A stretch of 46,781 nucleotides of DNA from an archaeon (GTDB lineage: Archaea > Iainarchaeota > Iainarchaeia > Iainarchaeales > Iainarchaeaceae), in assembly GCA_035655435.1 (NCBI GenBank), contig DASRUN010000017.1, forward strand, positions 1-46,781. Reading direction: 5' to 3'. A program made the position numbers and the translations under genes. The notes under the pieces are model-generated. The model saw nothing but the letters and a program-made list of their open reading frames with translations, searched no databases and was not told where the DNA came from. This document shows, in pieces, positions 32,732 through 41,513 of the stretch (positions are counted from its first letter, which is position 1; each line of letters begins with the position of its first letter).

Positions 32732-33505
32732 CTTTTCTTTTCCGGCCTTTGAAACGGCTTTTGCAAGTTTTTCCATTAAAATTTTTGCTTTAGAAAGATT
32801 ATCGGATTCGTCCTCAATCGCAGAACCAACATGAACAATATCAGCGCCGGCTTTAATGCAATCATACGCGTACTTATCATTTTTCACTCCGCCTGCAACC
32901 AAAAGAGGAATATCAATTAATTTTTTTGTATAAGAAATCATTTCCATTGGAGCGGGTTCTGGAGCACCTCCCCCTGATTCTAAAATAGCGAGCTTTGAAC
33001 CCATGTATTCTCCTGCAAGTGCGGTAATGCCTGCAAGATACGGAAGTTCTCTTGGAATTAAATGCGCTCTACCAACCCAGCCCACAGCTCTTCCGGGCTC
33101 AATAACAATATAAGAAGTTGGAATAACTTCTAAACCGGTTCTTTTTAACGGAGCAGCGGCTCCTATTTGCGCGCCGGAAATATAATAAGGATCCAAACTA
33201 TTCAACATGGACATAAAATAAATTGCATCAGCGTGCTTTGAAATCGAAGCAATATTTCCGGGAAATAAAATAACCGGCAAAGAACAATTATCTTTAATTT
33301 GTAAAATAGTTGAATCCAATAATTCTCCTTGTGCGCCGACAGAACCTCCAACCGCAATTGCATCAATTCCGGATTCTTGTGCAACCTTTGCAAGCTTTCC
33401 AGCTACTTTTGCATCCTGATTAGGAGGATCAATGACAGTAAACGCTAAACCCCCTTTCTCCTCAATGCGCTTCAAAATCTGCTTGTAAACCTTTCCTTCC
33501 TTCAT
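32726..33505 (-). CDS. geranylgeranylglyceryl phosphate synthase (PcrB/GGGPS family)
   Basis: It carries FTVIDPPNQ...GIDAIAVGGS, LFPGNIASISKHADAIYFMSMLNS, ILESGGGA and VAGGVKN, which are typical GGGPS TIM-barrel motifs. Confidence 0.8.
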   Translation of the reverse strand: MKEGKVYKQILKRIEEKGGLAFTVIDPPNQDAKVAGKLAKVAQESGIDAIAVGGSVGAQGELLDSTILQIKDNCSLPVILFPGNIASISKHADAIYFMSMLNSLDPYYISGAQIGAAAPLKRTGLEVIPTSYIVIEPGRAVGWVGRAHLIPRELPYLAGITALAGEYMGSKLAILESGGGAPEPAPMEMISYTKKLIDIPLLVAGGVKNDKYAYDCIKAGADIVHVGSAIEDESDNLSKAKILMEKLAKAVSKAGKEKL

Positions 33506-33599
33506 GAAAAATCAACTAATAACTAGAACTCTAAAGGCTATAAAAAGGTTTTTCACGCAACAAATTTATAGTTTAACGTGTTCCATTGTTAAGATTAAA

Positions 33600-34421
33600 A
33601 TGAACACAGGAAAAAACCCCGAAGAACTCACACAGAGAATAGTTTCCAACTCCGGAAAATCAAGAGAAGAAGTTGTACAACTAATTAATATGAAAAAAGA
33701 AAAATTCTCGGGATTACTAACTGATTCTGGGGCGGCTTTCATGATTGCAAAAGAATTGGGAGTTGAACTCGAAGCCGAAAACCGAGAAAATACAAAAATT
33801 TCCGAACTAAAAGAAGGAATGAACAATGTTGATGTAACTGGCCGCATCAAAAAAACTTTTGCGCCAAAAGAATTCGAAAAAAACGGGCGCAAAGGAAAAC
33901 TCCAAAGCCTTCTCCTATGGGATGGGTCGGGAGAAATACGGGCAACGCTTTGGAACAATGATGCGGAAAAATTTAATTCAAAAAAAATGCAAAAAGGAAC
34001 ATGCCTAAAAATTACAAACTGTACAATTGGATCGTACAACGGAACATTACAATTAAACACGAATTATAATAGTTCATTCGAAGAAACTGATTCTATTGAA
34101 ATTCCGAAATTGGATTCCGGACACAAAAGCATAACAGAACTTGATTCAAACATGAATGATGTTTCCGTAAAAGTTAAAATCAAAAAAACCTTTGAGGCAA
34201 AAGAATTTGAAAATGAAAAAGGAAAGGGAAAAGTAATGAACTTTTTTGTAAGCGAAGGCGCGAATGAAATGCGCGCAACCGCTTGGAACGAAATCTGTGA
34301 TTTAGTAGAAGAAATAGGCGAAGGGGAAAATGTAATTATTGAAGGGGCTTACACAAAAGAAGGAAGAAACGGAATAGAATTGCATTTGGGTTGGAGTTCG
34401 AGGATAGTAAAGCAGGATTAA
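33600..34421 (+). CDS. replication protein A-like ssDNA-binding protein with two OB folds
   Basis: This is ORF 33504..34421 trimmed to MNTGKNPEEL..., with a TATA box ATTTATA about 35 nt upstream. The N-terminal FSGLLTDSGAAFMIAKELGV motif is shared by archaeal RPAs. Two OB repeats follow (IRATLWNNDAEKF... and MRATAWNEICDLV...). Confidence 0.7.
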   Translation: MNTGKNPEELTQRIVSNSGKSREEVVQLINMKKEKFSGLLTDSGAAFMIAKELGVELEAENRENTKISELKEGMNNVDVTGRIKKTFAPKEFEKNGRKGKLQSLLLWDGSGEIRATLWNNDAEKFNSKKMQKGTCLKITNCTIGSYNGTLQLNTNYNSSFEETDSIEIPKLDSGHKSITELDSNMNDVSVKVKIKKTFEAKEFENEKGKGKVMNFFVSEGANEMRATAWNEICDLVEEIGEGENVIIEGAYTKEGRNGIELHLGWSSRIVKQD

Positions 34422-34705
34422 TCTGTTTCTTTGACGTGATGAAGTTTTCCTTCCGGTTTTCTTCTTTGGTTTTTTCGCTGATCAAAATCTTGCGGAACTT
34501 TTTCCGGAAGAAGTTTACCAAAATCCTCAATTTGCTTGAGGCGCCTTGTGGAGTAGCCCTTATCTTCTCCTCTTTTATCTTGAGTACTAAATCTTTCTCC
34601 GGGAGCGCGATAATGTCTGCCGTCAGAATCAACACGGGAAAATGCGCTTCCAATTTGATCTGGAAATTTTACAATTGGTTTTCTTTTAGGAAGTTTCAGA
34701 GGCAT
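34418..34705 (-). CDS. hypothetical highly charged/basic protein
   Basis: Three ORFs overlap here. This frame (MPLKLPKRKPIVKFPDQIGSAF...) has the most protein-like composition and a TATA-like TTAAATAC about 25 nt upstream. I recognise no family. Confidence 0.35.
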   Translation of the reverse strand: MPLKLPKRKPIVKFPDQIGSAFSRVDSDGRHYRAPGERFSTQDKRGEDKGYSTRRLKQIEDFGKLLPEKVPQDFDQRKNQRRKPEGKLHHVKETD

Positions 34706-34818
34706 TTAATAATAAAGTATTTTTTGTATTTAATCCTTGGTTTTCGCAAAAGAACAACTAAGTGGCATCGAACGAAGTGAAGATGGCACAGGTCTGACGG
34801 CGGACCTCTCCGCCGTTT

Positions 34819-34852
34819 CGCACCGGCACCGAGGTCTAAAATTATTTATAAA
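34819..34852 (+). promoter_or_regulatory. radA promoter: GC box CGCACCGGCACCGA + 12-nt spacer + TATA box TTTATAAA
   Basis: The box is at 34819-34832, the spacer GGTCTAAAATTA at 34833-34844 and the TATA box at 34845-34852. The radA ATG lies 94 nt further on (34947) and is preceded by an AGGAGGA SD-like element. Confidence 0.55.
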
Positions 34853-34946
34853 GGAAAGAACCATATTATACTAGTTCTCGCGTTCACGGGAAAATTCCAC
34901 AGCCAGGGAATGTTCTCAAACAGGCGCAGAGGCAGGAGGAATTAAA

Positions 34947-35894
34947 ATGGCTAAAAAAATAACAACAATAGAGGATTTGCCGGGCGTAGGACCGCAGGCA
35001 AGCGAAAAACTAATTAGCGCGGGATACAAAACCCTGGAAAATATTGCAGTAGCATCCCCAAAAGAACTAATTGAAATAGCGGGGTTAGGAGAAGGAACTG
35101 CGGATAAAGCAATTAAAGCGGCACGCGACGCCCTTGAAATGGGATATGAAACCGCGGCAGTTCTCGCGGAAAAAAGAAAACTTGTGGGAAAACTCACAAT
35201 GGGAAGCAAAGAAGTTGACACTCTTATTGGAGGGGGAATAGAAACCCAAAGCATTACAGAAATATACGGAAAATTCGCATCAGGAAAAACACAATGGTGC
35301 TTCCAAACCGCTGTAACAGTACAACTCCCAAAAGAACAAGGGGGTTTAGAAGGCGGCTGTCTCTATATTGATTCGGAAAACAGTTTCAGGCCGGAAAGGA
35401 TTTCGGCAATAGCACTAAACCACGGTTTAAACCCGGATGAAGTAATGCAAAACATTTACGTTGCAAGAGCATACAATTCAGATCATCAAATGCTACTTGT
35501 TGACAAGGCAGAAGAAATGGTGAAAGAAAAAAACATTAAATTAGTAATCGTTGATTCTTTGACATCCCAATTCAGATCGGAATTTGTCGGAAGAGGAACG
35601 CTTGCGGAAAGACAACAGAAACTCAACAAACACATGAGGGCGCTACAAAAACTGGCGGAAATGAACAACATAGTTGTATTGGTCACAAACCAAGTAATGG
35701 AAAGACCGGACATAATGTTCGGAGATCCAACAGCCCCTATTGGAGGAAATATTGTGGCACACGCATCCAAAACAAGACTCTACTTGAGGAAAAGCAAGGA
35801 AGATAAAAGAGTTGCAAAACTCGTTGATTCCCCATCACTTCCGGACGGAGAGGCAATTTATAGAGTAACAGAAAACGGAATAGAGGATATTTAA
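34947..35894 (+). CDS. radA: DNA repair and recombination protein RadA
   Basis: It has an N-terminal HhH ([20 protein letters not shown]), a Walker A (GKFASGKTQ) and a Walker B (LVIVDS). Its 315-aa length is archaeal RadA-sized. Confidence 0.95.
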   Translation: MAKKITTIEDLPGVGPQASEKLISAGYKTLENIAVASPKELIEIAGLGEGTADKAIKAARDALEMGYETAAVLAEKRKLVGKLTMGSKEVDTLIGGGIETQSITEIYGKFASGKTQWCFQTAVTVQLPKEQGGLEGGCLYIDSENSFRPERISAIALNHGLNPDEVMQNIYVARAYNSDHQMLLVDKAEEMVKEKNIKLVIVDSLTSQFRSEFVGRGTLAERQQKLNKHMRALQKLAEMNNIVVLVTNQVMERPDIMFGDPTAPIGGNIVAHASKTRLYLRKSKEDKRVAKLVDSPSLPDGEAIYRVTENGIEDI

Positions 35895-35896
35895 GT

Positions 35897-35918
35897 AAAA
35901 AGCCCGCAAGGGCTTTTT
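35897..35918. terminator. bidirectional stem-loop terminator between the convergent radA and pus10 genes
   Basis: The sequence is AAAAAGCCC-GCAA-GGGCTTTTT. It is a GC stem with a GNRA loop, flanked by an A-run and a T-run. Confidence 0.55.
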
Positions 35919-35922
35919 CAAT

Positions 35923-36906
35923 TTATTTTTCAAAAACTATTTCCACAACATCCAATTCAACACACTTACAATCCTTTCCCAAAAATGAAGAAACACTTGG
36001 AGTTGTTCTCTTATTATCCCCAGAAATAAATTCCTTAACATACAAACCGTGCGAAGCAAGAACCTTTATAGCGAAAGTGTTTCCGTCAACAAAAGTTTTC
36101 TCTAAAACACGACCATACTTTGCCCTTTCTTTTTCAACGCGTCTTTTCTGCACACGCTCAGGGGTCAATTGTGCAATATCAAATTGTTTTTTAGGAATCT
36201 TAGACAGATCTTTTGCGGTTATTTTTGATTCACAAACACATTTTGCCAAATAAACTTTTTCAAAAGGAGAATTCTTCAAAAAAACAACCCTTTCTTTCGA
36301 AGAAAATTTTAAATCCCTAACCGAAATTTTTTCTTTAAATGCTTTGTTTGTTTTTTCTTCTAACTTTTTCAAATCCGCTCTGCGCTTTTTTGGTTCAACA
36401 AGTTCAAAAACAAAAGGCCTGCCTTCTCCAAGCATTCTAACATCGACATCTTCTCTCCCCGCACCATGGAACTTTGATTCTTTGGAATCGAAAACCGGAA
36501 AAAACTCTTTCTCAAGAAGCTCCTGCACGGAATCGTCGGAAAGTTTTCCTGTTTGCGAACAAAAATCGCAACCCCTGCCTTTACACTTATAACAATAATA
36601 AAACGTCTGCGCAATTTCCCTTGAAAACTTGTTGTAAAAACCTTCAATAAAAACACTTGAAATCGAGGTTTCTATAAAACCGCGATCGAGTTGAATGAGA
36701 AGATAAATATCATAATTATCCCTGGCGTTCTTTGCGGAAAAATTTTTTTCAATAAATTCAACCAATTGCTTTCTCAAATCGATTTTTGACTCAGGGTTCA
36801 GAGAAGAGACACCTATTTCAAAAAAATCAAATTCAATAGGAGAAATGATTTCGGAAATAGCTTTGGCTACGAATTCAAAAGAATTGTCCGGAAATGGGGT
36901 TTTCAT
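35923..36906 (-). CDS. pus10: tRNA pseudouridine synthase Pus10
   Basis: The zinc motif is CYKCKGRGCDFCSQTG. The catalytic motif is GREDVDVRMLGEGRPFVFE. Confidence 0.85.
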   Translation of the reverse strand: MKTPFPDNSFEFVAKAISEIISPIEFDFFEIGVSSLNPESKIDLRKQLVEFIEKNFSAKNARDNYDIYLLIQLDRGFIETSISSVFIEGFYNKFSREIAQTFYYCYKCKGRGCDFCSQTGKLSDDSVQELLEKEFFPVFDSKESKFHGAGREDVDVRMLGEGRPFVFELVEPKKRRADLKKLEEKTNKAFKEKISVRDLKFSSKERVVFLKNSPFEKVYLAKCVCESKITAKDLSKIPKKQFDIAQLTPERVQKRRVEKERAKYGRVLEKTFVDGNTFAIKVLASHGLYVKEFISGDNKRTTPSVSSFLGKDCKCVELDVVEIVFEK

Positions 36907-36957
36907 CAGAAACTTGGATAGGGATATGGAAAAAAGGGTTTGCTTGGGAAAAGCATG

Positions 36958-37326
36958 TTAATAGTCCTCGGGAGAAATTCCCTGCATTCTAATGCTGCAC
37001 ACCAATTTCGATTTTATGCCTGCTTTTTGGAGCGCGGCAATGAGCTCTTCTGATTCGGCACCCGGATTAAGAATAACCTCTTTCAAACCAATTTTTTTGA
37101 AATCCTCCAACAAAGTCAAAGTAACTTTTGAAGGAATGTAAATTGAAACTAGATCTGGCTTTTCGGGAACATCGTTTATTGAGGAGTAACATTTCACTCC
37201 TTCAATTGCTTTTTCAACAGGATTAATTGGGAAAACTTTCCAACCAAGATCTTTGTAAACGCGGACACATTTGTTGCCGAATTTTTCTTTGTTCGCGGAA
37301 GCTCCAATAATTGCAATTGAACGCAT
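36958..37326 (-). CDS. CoA-binding domain protein (YccU-like)
   Basis: It carries MRSIAIIGASANKEKFGNKCVRVYKDLGWKVFPINP and a small Rossmann-like CoA_binding_2 pattern. Confidence 0.75.
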   Translation of the reverse strand: MRSIAIIGASANKEKFGNKCVRVYKDLGWKVFPINPVEKAIEGVKCYSSINDVPEKPDLVSIYIPSKVTLTLLEDFKKIGLKEVILNPGAESEELIAALQKAGIKSKLVCSIRMQGISPEDY

Positions 37327-37390
37327 ACAAAAAAAATACCATGATTAAATTTTTATTTTGAAAGCATTGAAATTCAAATTCACAATACAA

Positions 37391-38554
37391 TCATTTGCTT
37401 TCCGCAATTGCGCGCGCAACATTTTTCACAACATTTTTGTCAAAAACGTTCGGAAGAATTTTCTCGATTGTTGGATTGCTTATTGTATTCGCGAGCGCAT
37501 AAGCCGCGCGGATTTTCATATTATTTGTAACACGAGAGGCTTTCGAATCGAGGAGCCCCCTGAAAACGCCCGGAAACGCAAGAGCATTGTTCACTTGATT
37601 CGGAAAATCGCTTCTTCCTGTTGCAACAATTTTTGCACCGGCTTTTTTTGCAATATCCGGCATTATTTCAGGAACAGGATTTGCCATCGCAAAAACAATG
37701 GAATCCTTTGCCATTGAACGGATCATTTCTTCGGTAACAATGTTTCCTTTCGAAACCCCGATGAAAACATCCGCGCCTTTCAAAGCATCGGCAAGAGAAC
37801 CCTTCTTATTTTCCCTATTGCTTATTTCGGCAAGCTTCAATTTGTAATCGTCCATATCAGTTCGGCTTTTATGAATAATTCCCTTGCTGTCGCACACAAT
37901 CACATCCCTCACGCTAGTGCACACATTCAAATTGGAATCTCCAAAACAAACTAAAAAATTTGCAATGGCTGTTCCCGCGGCCCCTGCTCCGTTGATTACA
38001 ACCTTTAACCTTGCCAAATCCTTTCCAAGGGCTTTTGCGGAATTAATTAAAGCAGCGAGAACAACAATTGCAGTTCCGTGCTGATCGTCATGCATAACAG
38101 GAATGCCGATATTCTGGAGTTTTTCCTCAACCTCAAAACAGCGCGGAGCACTAATGTCCTCAAGATTTATTCCCCCAAAAACAGGAGAAATATTCTTTAC
38201 AATGAAAACAATTTCATCAACATTCTGTGTTTTCAATGCAATAGGAAACGCATCAACTCCCGCAAATTCCTTCAAAAGAAGTGCCTTTCCTTCCATCACT
38301 GGAAGAGAGGCCTCGGCCCCAATATTACCCAACCCAAGAACGGAGGAACCGTCCGTTACAATTGCAACGGTGTTTCCTTTCATAGTATAATCAAAAACTT
38401 TTTTTGGAGAAGAAGCTATTTCCAAACAAGGTTCTGCGACGCCGGGAGTGTAAAGAAGGGAAAGGTCTTCCATTGTTTTAACCGGAATTTTGGAGTTAAC
38501 GGTTAATTTTCCCCTTAATTTTTCATGTAATTTTAAGGCAGGAGATTTTTCCAT
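37391..38554 (-). CDS. NAD(P)-dependent malic enzyme (short prokaryotic type)
   Basis: It carries LLYTPGVAEPC, GTAVLGLGNIG-like TDGSSVLGLGNIG, FGGINLEDI, HDDQHGTA and INGAGAAG. Confidence 0.9.
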   Translation of the reverse strand: MEKSPALKLHEKLRGKLTVNSKIPVKTMEDLSLLYTPGVAEPCLEIASSPKKVFDYTMKGNTVAIVTDGSSVLGLGNIGAEASLPVMEGKALLLKEFAGVDAFPIALKTQNVDEIVFIVKNISPVFGGINLEDISAPRCFEVEEKLQNIGIPVMHDDQHGTAIVVLAALINSAKALGKDLARLKVVINGAGAAGTAIANFLVCFGDSNLNVCTSVRDVIVCDSKGIIHKSRTDMDDYKLKLAEISNRENKKGSLADALKGADVFIGVSKGNIVTEEMIRSMAKDSIVFAMANPVPEIMPDIAKKAGAKIVATGRSDFPNQVNNALAFPGVFRGLLDSKASRVTNNMKIRAAYALANTISNPTIEKILPNVFDKNVVKNVARAIAESK

Positions 38555-38563
38555 GGAAAATCA

Positions 38564-39487
38564 CTAGTGTTGGTCCATTGCAGAATTATTGTTGATAAAC
38601 TCGTAAGCGGAAAAAGCGGCTATAACACCCTCGGAAGCGCCGGTAATAGCCTGCTTAAAATGCCTGTTCACGACATCGCCCGCGGCATAAACTCCTTGAA
38701 CATTTGTTTTTGACTCAACATCAATTAGTATTTCCTTTTTTTCATCAACCTTAACCCCGATTTTTTCGGCAAGCTCCGAATTCGGAAGAGCGCCTATTTC
38801 AATGAAAACACCGTCAAGCTTGAGCTGTCCGCCTTCCTTGAACTTTATTCCCGTGACAAATTTTTCCCCAAAAATTTCTAAAACATTTTTTTTGAGCATT
38901 AATTCAATGTTTGCTTTTTGCACAACTCTCTCCCCATTAATCGGTTCAGGCCGGATTTTTTCGCCGCGATAAATAATATAAACTTTTTTTGCGTACTCTG
39001 AAAGAAGCAAGGCTTCCTTTGCCGCGGAATCGGAACCTCCTATAACAGCAACAATTTTTCCCTTGAAAAGAGCCGCATCGCAAACCGCGCAATAGCTGAC
39101 GCCCTTGTTTTCAAATTCTTTTTCTCCGGGAACATTAAGTTTTCTTCTCGTTGTTCCTGTTGCAAACAAAATTGTTTTAGCCTCATACTCTTTCCTATCA
39201 CTGGTTTTTACAACAAAACCTAATTTTGATTTTTTGGAAACATCAACAACTTTATCATTCACAATTTTAACATCATTGGCTTTTACATGATCCTGGAGTT
39301 TTTCTCCGAGATCCCAACCGGTTATTGCCTTTTCACCGGGCCAATTTTCAACAATGTGCGTGTTAACTATTGTTCCGCCGATCAATTCTCCGATAACCAA
39401 AGTCTTTAATCTGAAGCGCGCGGCATAAACTGCCGCCGGAAGACCAGCGGAACCGGCGCCGATCACAATGAAATCATATTTATCCAT
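38564..39487 (-). CDS. trxB: thioredoxin-disulfide reductase
   Basis: The FAD motif is VIGAGSAGLPAAVYAAR. The redox-active CAVC is in the GVSYCAVCDA context. The NADPH motif is GGSDSAAKEA. It also carries GVYAAGDV. Confidence 0.9.
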   Translation of the reverse strand: MDKYDFIVIGAGSAGLPAAVYAARFRLKTLVIGELIGGTIVNTHIVENWPGEKAITGWDLGEKLQDHVKANDVKIVNDKVVDVSKKSKLGFVVKTSDRKEYEAKTILFATGTTRRKLNVPGEKEFENKGVSYCAVCDAALFKGKIVAVIGGSDSAAKEALLLSEYAKKVYIIYRGEKIRPEPINGERVVQKANIELMLKKNVLEIFGEKFVTGIKFKEGGQLKLDGVFIEIGALPNSELAEKIGVKVDEKKEILIDVESKTNVQGVYAAGDVVNRHFKQAITGASEGVIAAFSAYEFINNNSAMDQH

Positions 39488-39505
39488 TTTTCACACCCAA
39501 CAAAA

Positions 39506-39739
39506 TTACAATCCCAACGCTTCCTTAAGTGCGGGCTTGTCAAAGCCGACAATTATTTTCCCGTTTATTTCCAAAACAGGAACGCCCAATTGACCTGATT
39601 TTTCAAACATTTCCTGAGCCTTGGATTGATCCGCGGCAACATTAATTTCCTTGTACTCCACATTATTTTCCTTAAAATATGCCTTTGCCAATTTGCAGTA
39701 AGTGCATGTAGGAGTTGTGTATATCGTGACTTTGCCCAA
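39506..39739 (-). CDS. glutaredoxin/NrdH-like small redoxin
   Basis: 77 aa. It reads VTIYTTPTCTYCKLAKAYF with a CxxC motif and carries GVPVLEINGKIIVGFD. The start codon is TTG. Confidence 0.8.
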   Translation of the reverse strand: MGKVTIYTTPTCTYCKLAKAYFKENNVEYKEINVAADQSKAQEMFEKSGQLGVPVLEINGKIIVGFDKPALKEALGL

Positions 39740-39877
39740 TCAAACTCGCCTCACTATTCAAGTGGGTTAAAACATCTATAAAAACTTATGCGGGAATTGG
39801 ATTTTGGTAAAAAAACAAAAAAAAATTAATTAAAATAATAGAAAAAAATTAAAAAAAAGAATTTGAGAACCCGCAAT

Positions 39878-40633
39878 TTAGTTTGCGAGTTCTGCATCAA
39901 TAATCTGTTTGAAAACCGAGTATGGTTGAGCTCCGACAACTTTCTGACCGTTAATGAAGAAAGTTGGAGTTCCTGAAACTCCTGCAGCCTGACCCTCGCT
40001 GAAATCCGCCTGAACTTCCGCCCTATACTTTCCGGATGAAACACAATCATCGAACTGTTGCGTGTTCAAACCGAATTCTTGAGCCCATTGCTTGTAAGAA
40101 GCAGAGCTCATAATGGCTTGATTTGTAAAAATTTTGTCATGGAATTCCTGGAACTTTCCTTGTTCAGCAGCGCATTCCGCAGCTTCAGCAGCGGGTTGTG
40201 CTTCAGGATGGAAGCTCAAGGGAAAATCCCTATAAATTAACTTGACTTTTCCAGTATCAATGTAATCAGTCCTTAACTGCAAAAGAGTGTTTGTGTAAAA
40301 ATTGCCGCAGAATGGACATTGGAAATCCGAAAACTCTACAATTGTTACCGGAGCGTTTGGGTCTCCTTCAATTTTGTCTTCGTTTGCCAAAGCCTCCATG
40401 TCAATTGTTGGGTCCGGTGTTGGAGTTGGCACAACAACGTTTCCTGTGTCTCCTGTATTATCATTGCCGCTTCCAACTATTGGGGAGGGAATGTCCTGAA
40501 TTGCTACAGTCAAACCTGTCAAATTATTATTGACAGAATTTCCCACAAAAAAAACTGTGCCCGACAAAACCAATGCCGAAACAATCAAACTTATTGGCAA
40601 ATAAAATTTTTCATCCAAACCAAAAACCTCCAT
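39878..40633 (-). CDS. membrane-anchored DsbA-family thiol:disulfide oxidoreductase
   Basis: It has an N-terminal TM helix, a G/T/P-rich linker and a thioredoxin fold with FSDFQCPFCGNFY plus the cis-Pro context GTPTFFINGQ. Confidence 0.75.
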   Translation of the reverse strand: MEVFGLDEKFYLPISLIVSALVLSGTVFFVGNSVNNNLTGLTVAIQDIPSPIVGSGNDNTGDTGNVVVPTPTPDPTIDMEALANEDKIEGDPNAPVTIVEFSDFQCPFCGNFYTNTLLQLRTDYIDTGKVKLIYRDFPLSFHPEAQPAAEAAECAAEQGKFQEFHDKIFTNQAIMSSASYKQWAQEFGLNTQQFDDCVSSGKYRAEVQADFSEGQAAGVSGTPTFFINGQKVVGAQPYSVFKQIIDAELAN

Positions 40634-40814
40634 AGTTAACTGGTTAACATTAATTCATTAATATTATTATATTATTGGTGTTAAGCCAATATTTAAAGCT
40701 TTTCCCGTGGGCTAAAAAGGCTTAAAACCCTAATAGAACGGGAAATAACCATAATTGCTAATTATTTATACATTATTATGTATTTATAAAGCTCTGTTTT
40801 TGTTAGGCAAAATA

Positions 40815-41477
40815 TTATGAGAGGGCTTCATTCAGAACCTGTCTCCATTGCTCAATCGTAAGATTCCCCATGCTTTTTCCGTTGACAAAAAAAGTGGGAG
40901 TAGAATTAACTCCTAAAGAATTTCCCAATGCAATATCGGAAGCAACCTTTGAAGAGTATTTTCCGGAATCAATACATTGACCGAATTGTGTTACATCCAA
41001 ACCAAGATCCAAAGCATAGCCCTTCAAATCAGGAATTGCAAGAGTGGGCTGCTTCTGATACATTATATCATGTAGTTCCCAAAACTTTCCCTGTTCATCC
41101 GCACACTCAGAGGCTTCGGCGGCCTTGTATGCGAAAGGATGCGCACTTGAAAGCGGGAACTGCTTAAAAATAAATTTAACCCTTCCCTCATATTCCGGAA
41201 GAATTTGTTCGAGCTGAGTGAACGCAAAACCGCAAGCGGGACATTGGAAATCGCCGAACTCGACAACAGTAACGGAAGCATTTTCATTTCCCTTTGTGTG
41301 GCCGCTTCCAAGAACGCTTGGATCAACAATTGGACCGTTGCCATTATTTGAAAAAAAAGCAAAATAAACAATTCCAATTCCTGCGAGAACCAAAAGAACC
41401 GCAAGCGCAGTGTAGAGAGGATTTCCTTCATCGGATTTTTTCTTATTAGGCGCGTTCATTTCCTTTAACTTGCTCAT
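40815..41477 (-). CDS. membrane-anchored DsbA-family thiol:disulfide oxidoreductase (paralogue)
   Basis: It has an N-terminal TM helix, FGDFQCPACGFAF and STPTFFVNGK. Its architecture parallels 39878..40633. Confidence 0.75.
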   Translation of the reverse strand: MSKLKEMNAPNKKKSDEGNPLYTALAVLLVLAGIGIVYFAFFSNNGNGPIVDPSVLGSGHTKGNENASVTVVEFGDFQCPACGFAFTQLEQILPEYEGRVKFIFKQFPLSSAHPFAYKAAEASECADEQGKFWELHDIMYQKQPTLAIPDLKGYALDLGLDVTQFGQCIDSGKYSSKVASDIALGNSLGVNSTPTFFVNGKSMGNLTIEQWRQVLNEALS

Positions 41478-41513
41478 CCAAGAATTCTTTTTACAAAATG
41501 TTTTAAAACGGAA

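Noticed and set aside
34336-34780. Overlapping ORFs 34336..34653 (-) and 34391..34780 (+)
   Set aside because: Three mutually exclusive frames cover this stretch. These two give F/L/I/S-rich products with no start-site context. The 34418..34705 (-) frame was kept, at low confidence.
37358-38506. Plus-strand ORFs 37358..37717, 37884..38084, 38078..38506 and 38103..38390
   Set aside because: They are antisense to the well-supported malic enzyme gene.
40634-40814. Inverted repeats in the spacer between the two DsbA genes (GTTAAC-TG-GTTAAC; TTAAGCC...GGCTTAA)
   Set aside because: These are short AT-rich palindromes in a promoter/terminator spacer. Nothing distinguishes them from ordinary regulatory or terminator sequence.
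40058-41431. Plus-strand and alternate-frame ORFs within the two DsbA-like genes (40058..40240, 40291..40639 set, 40928..41167, 41063..41431)
   Set aside because: They overlap genes with clear thioredoxin-fold CxxC motifs and have no independent support.
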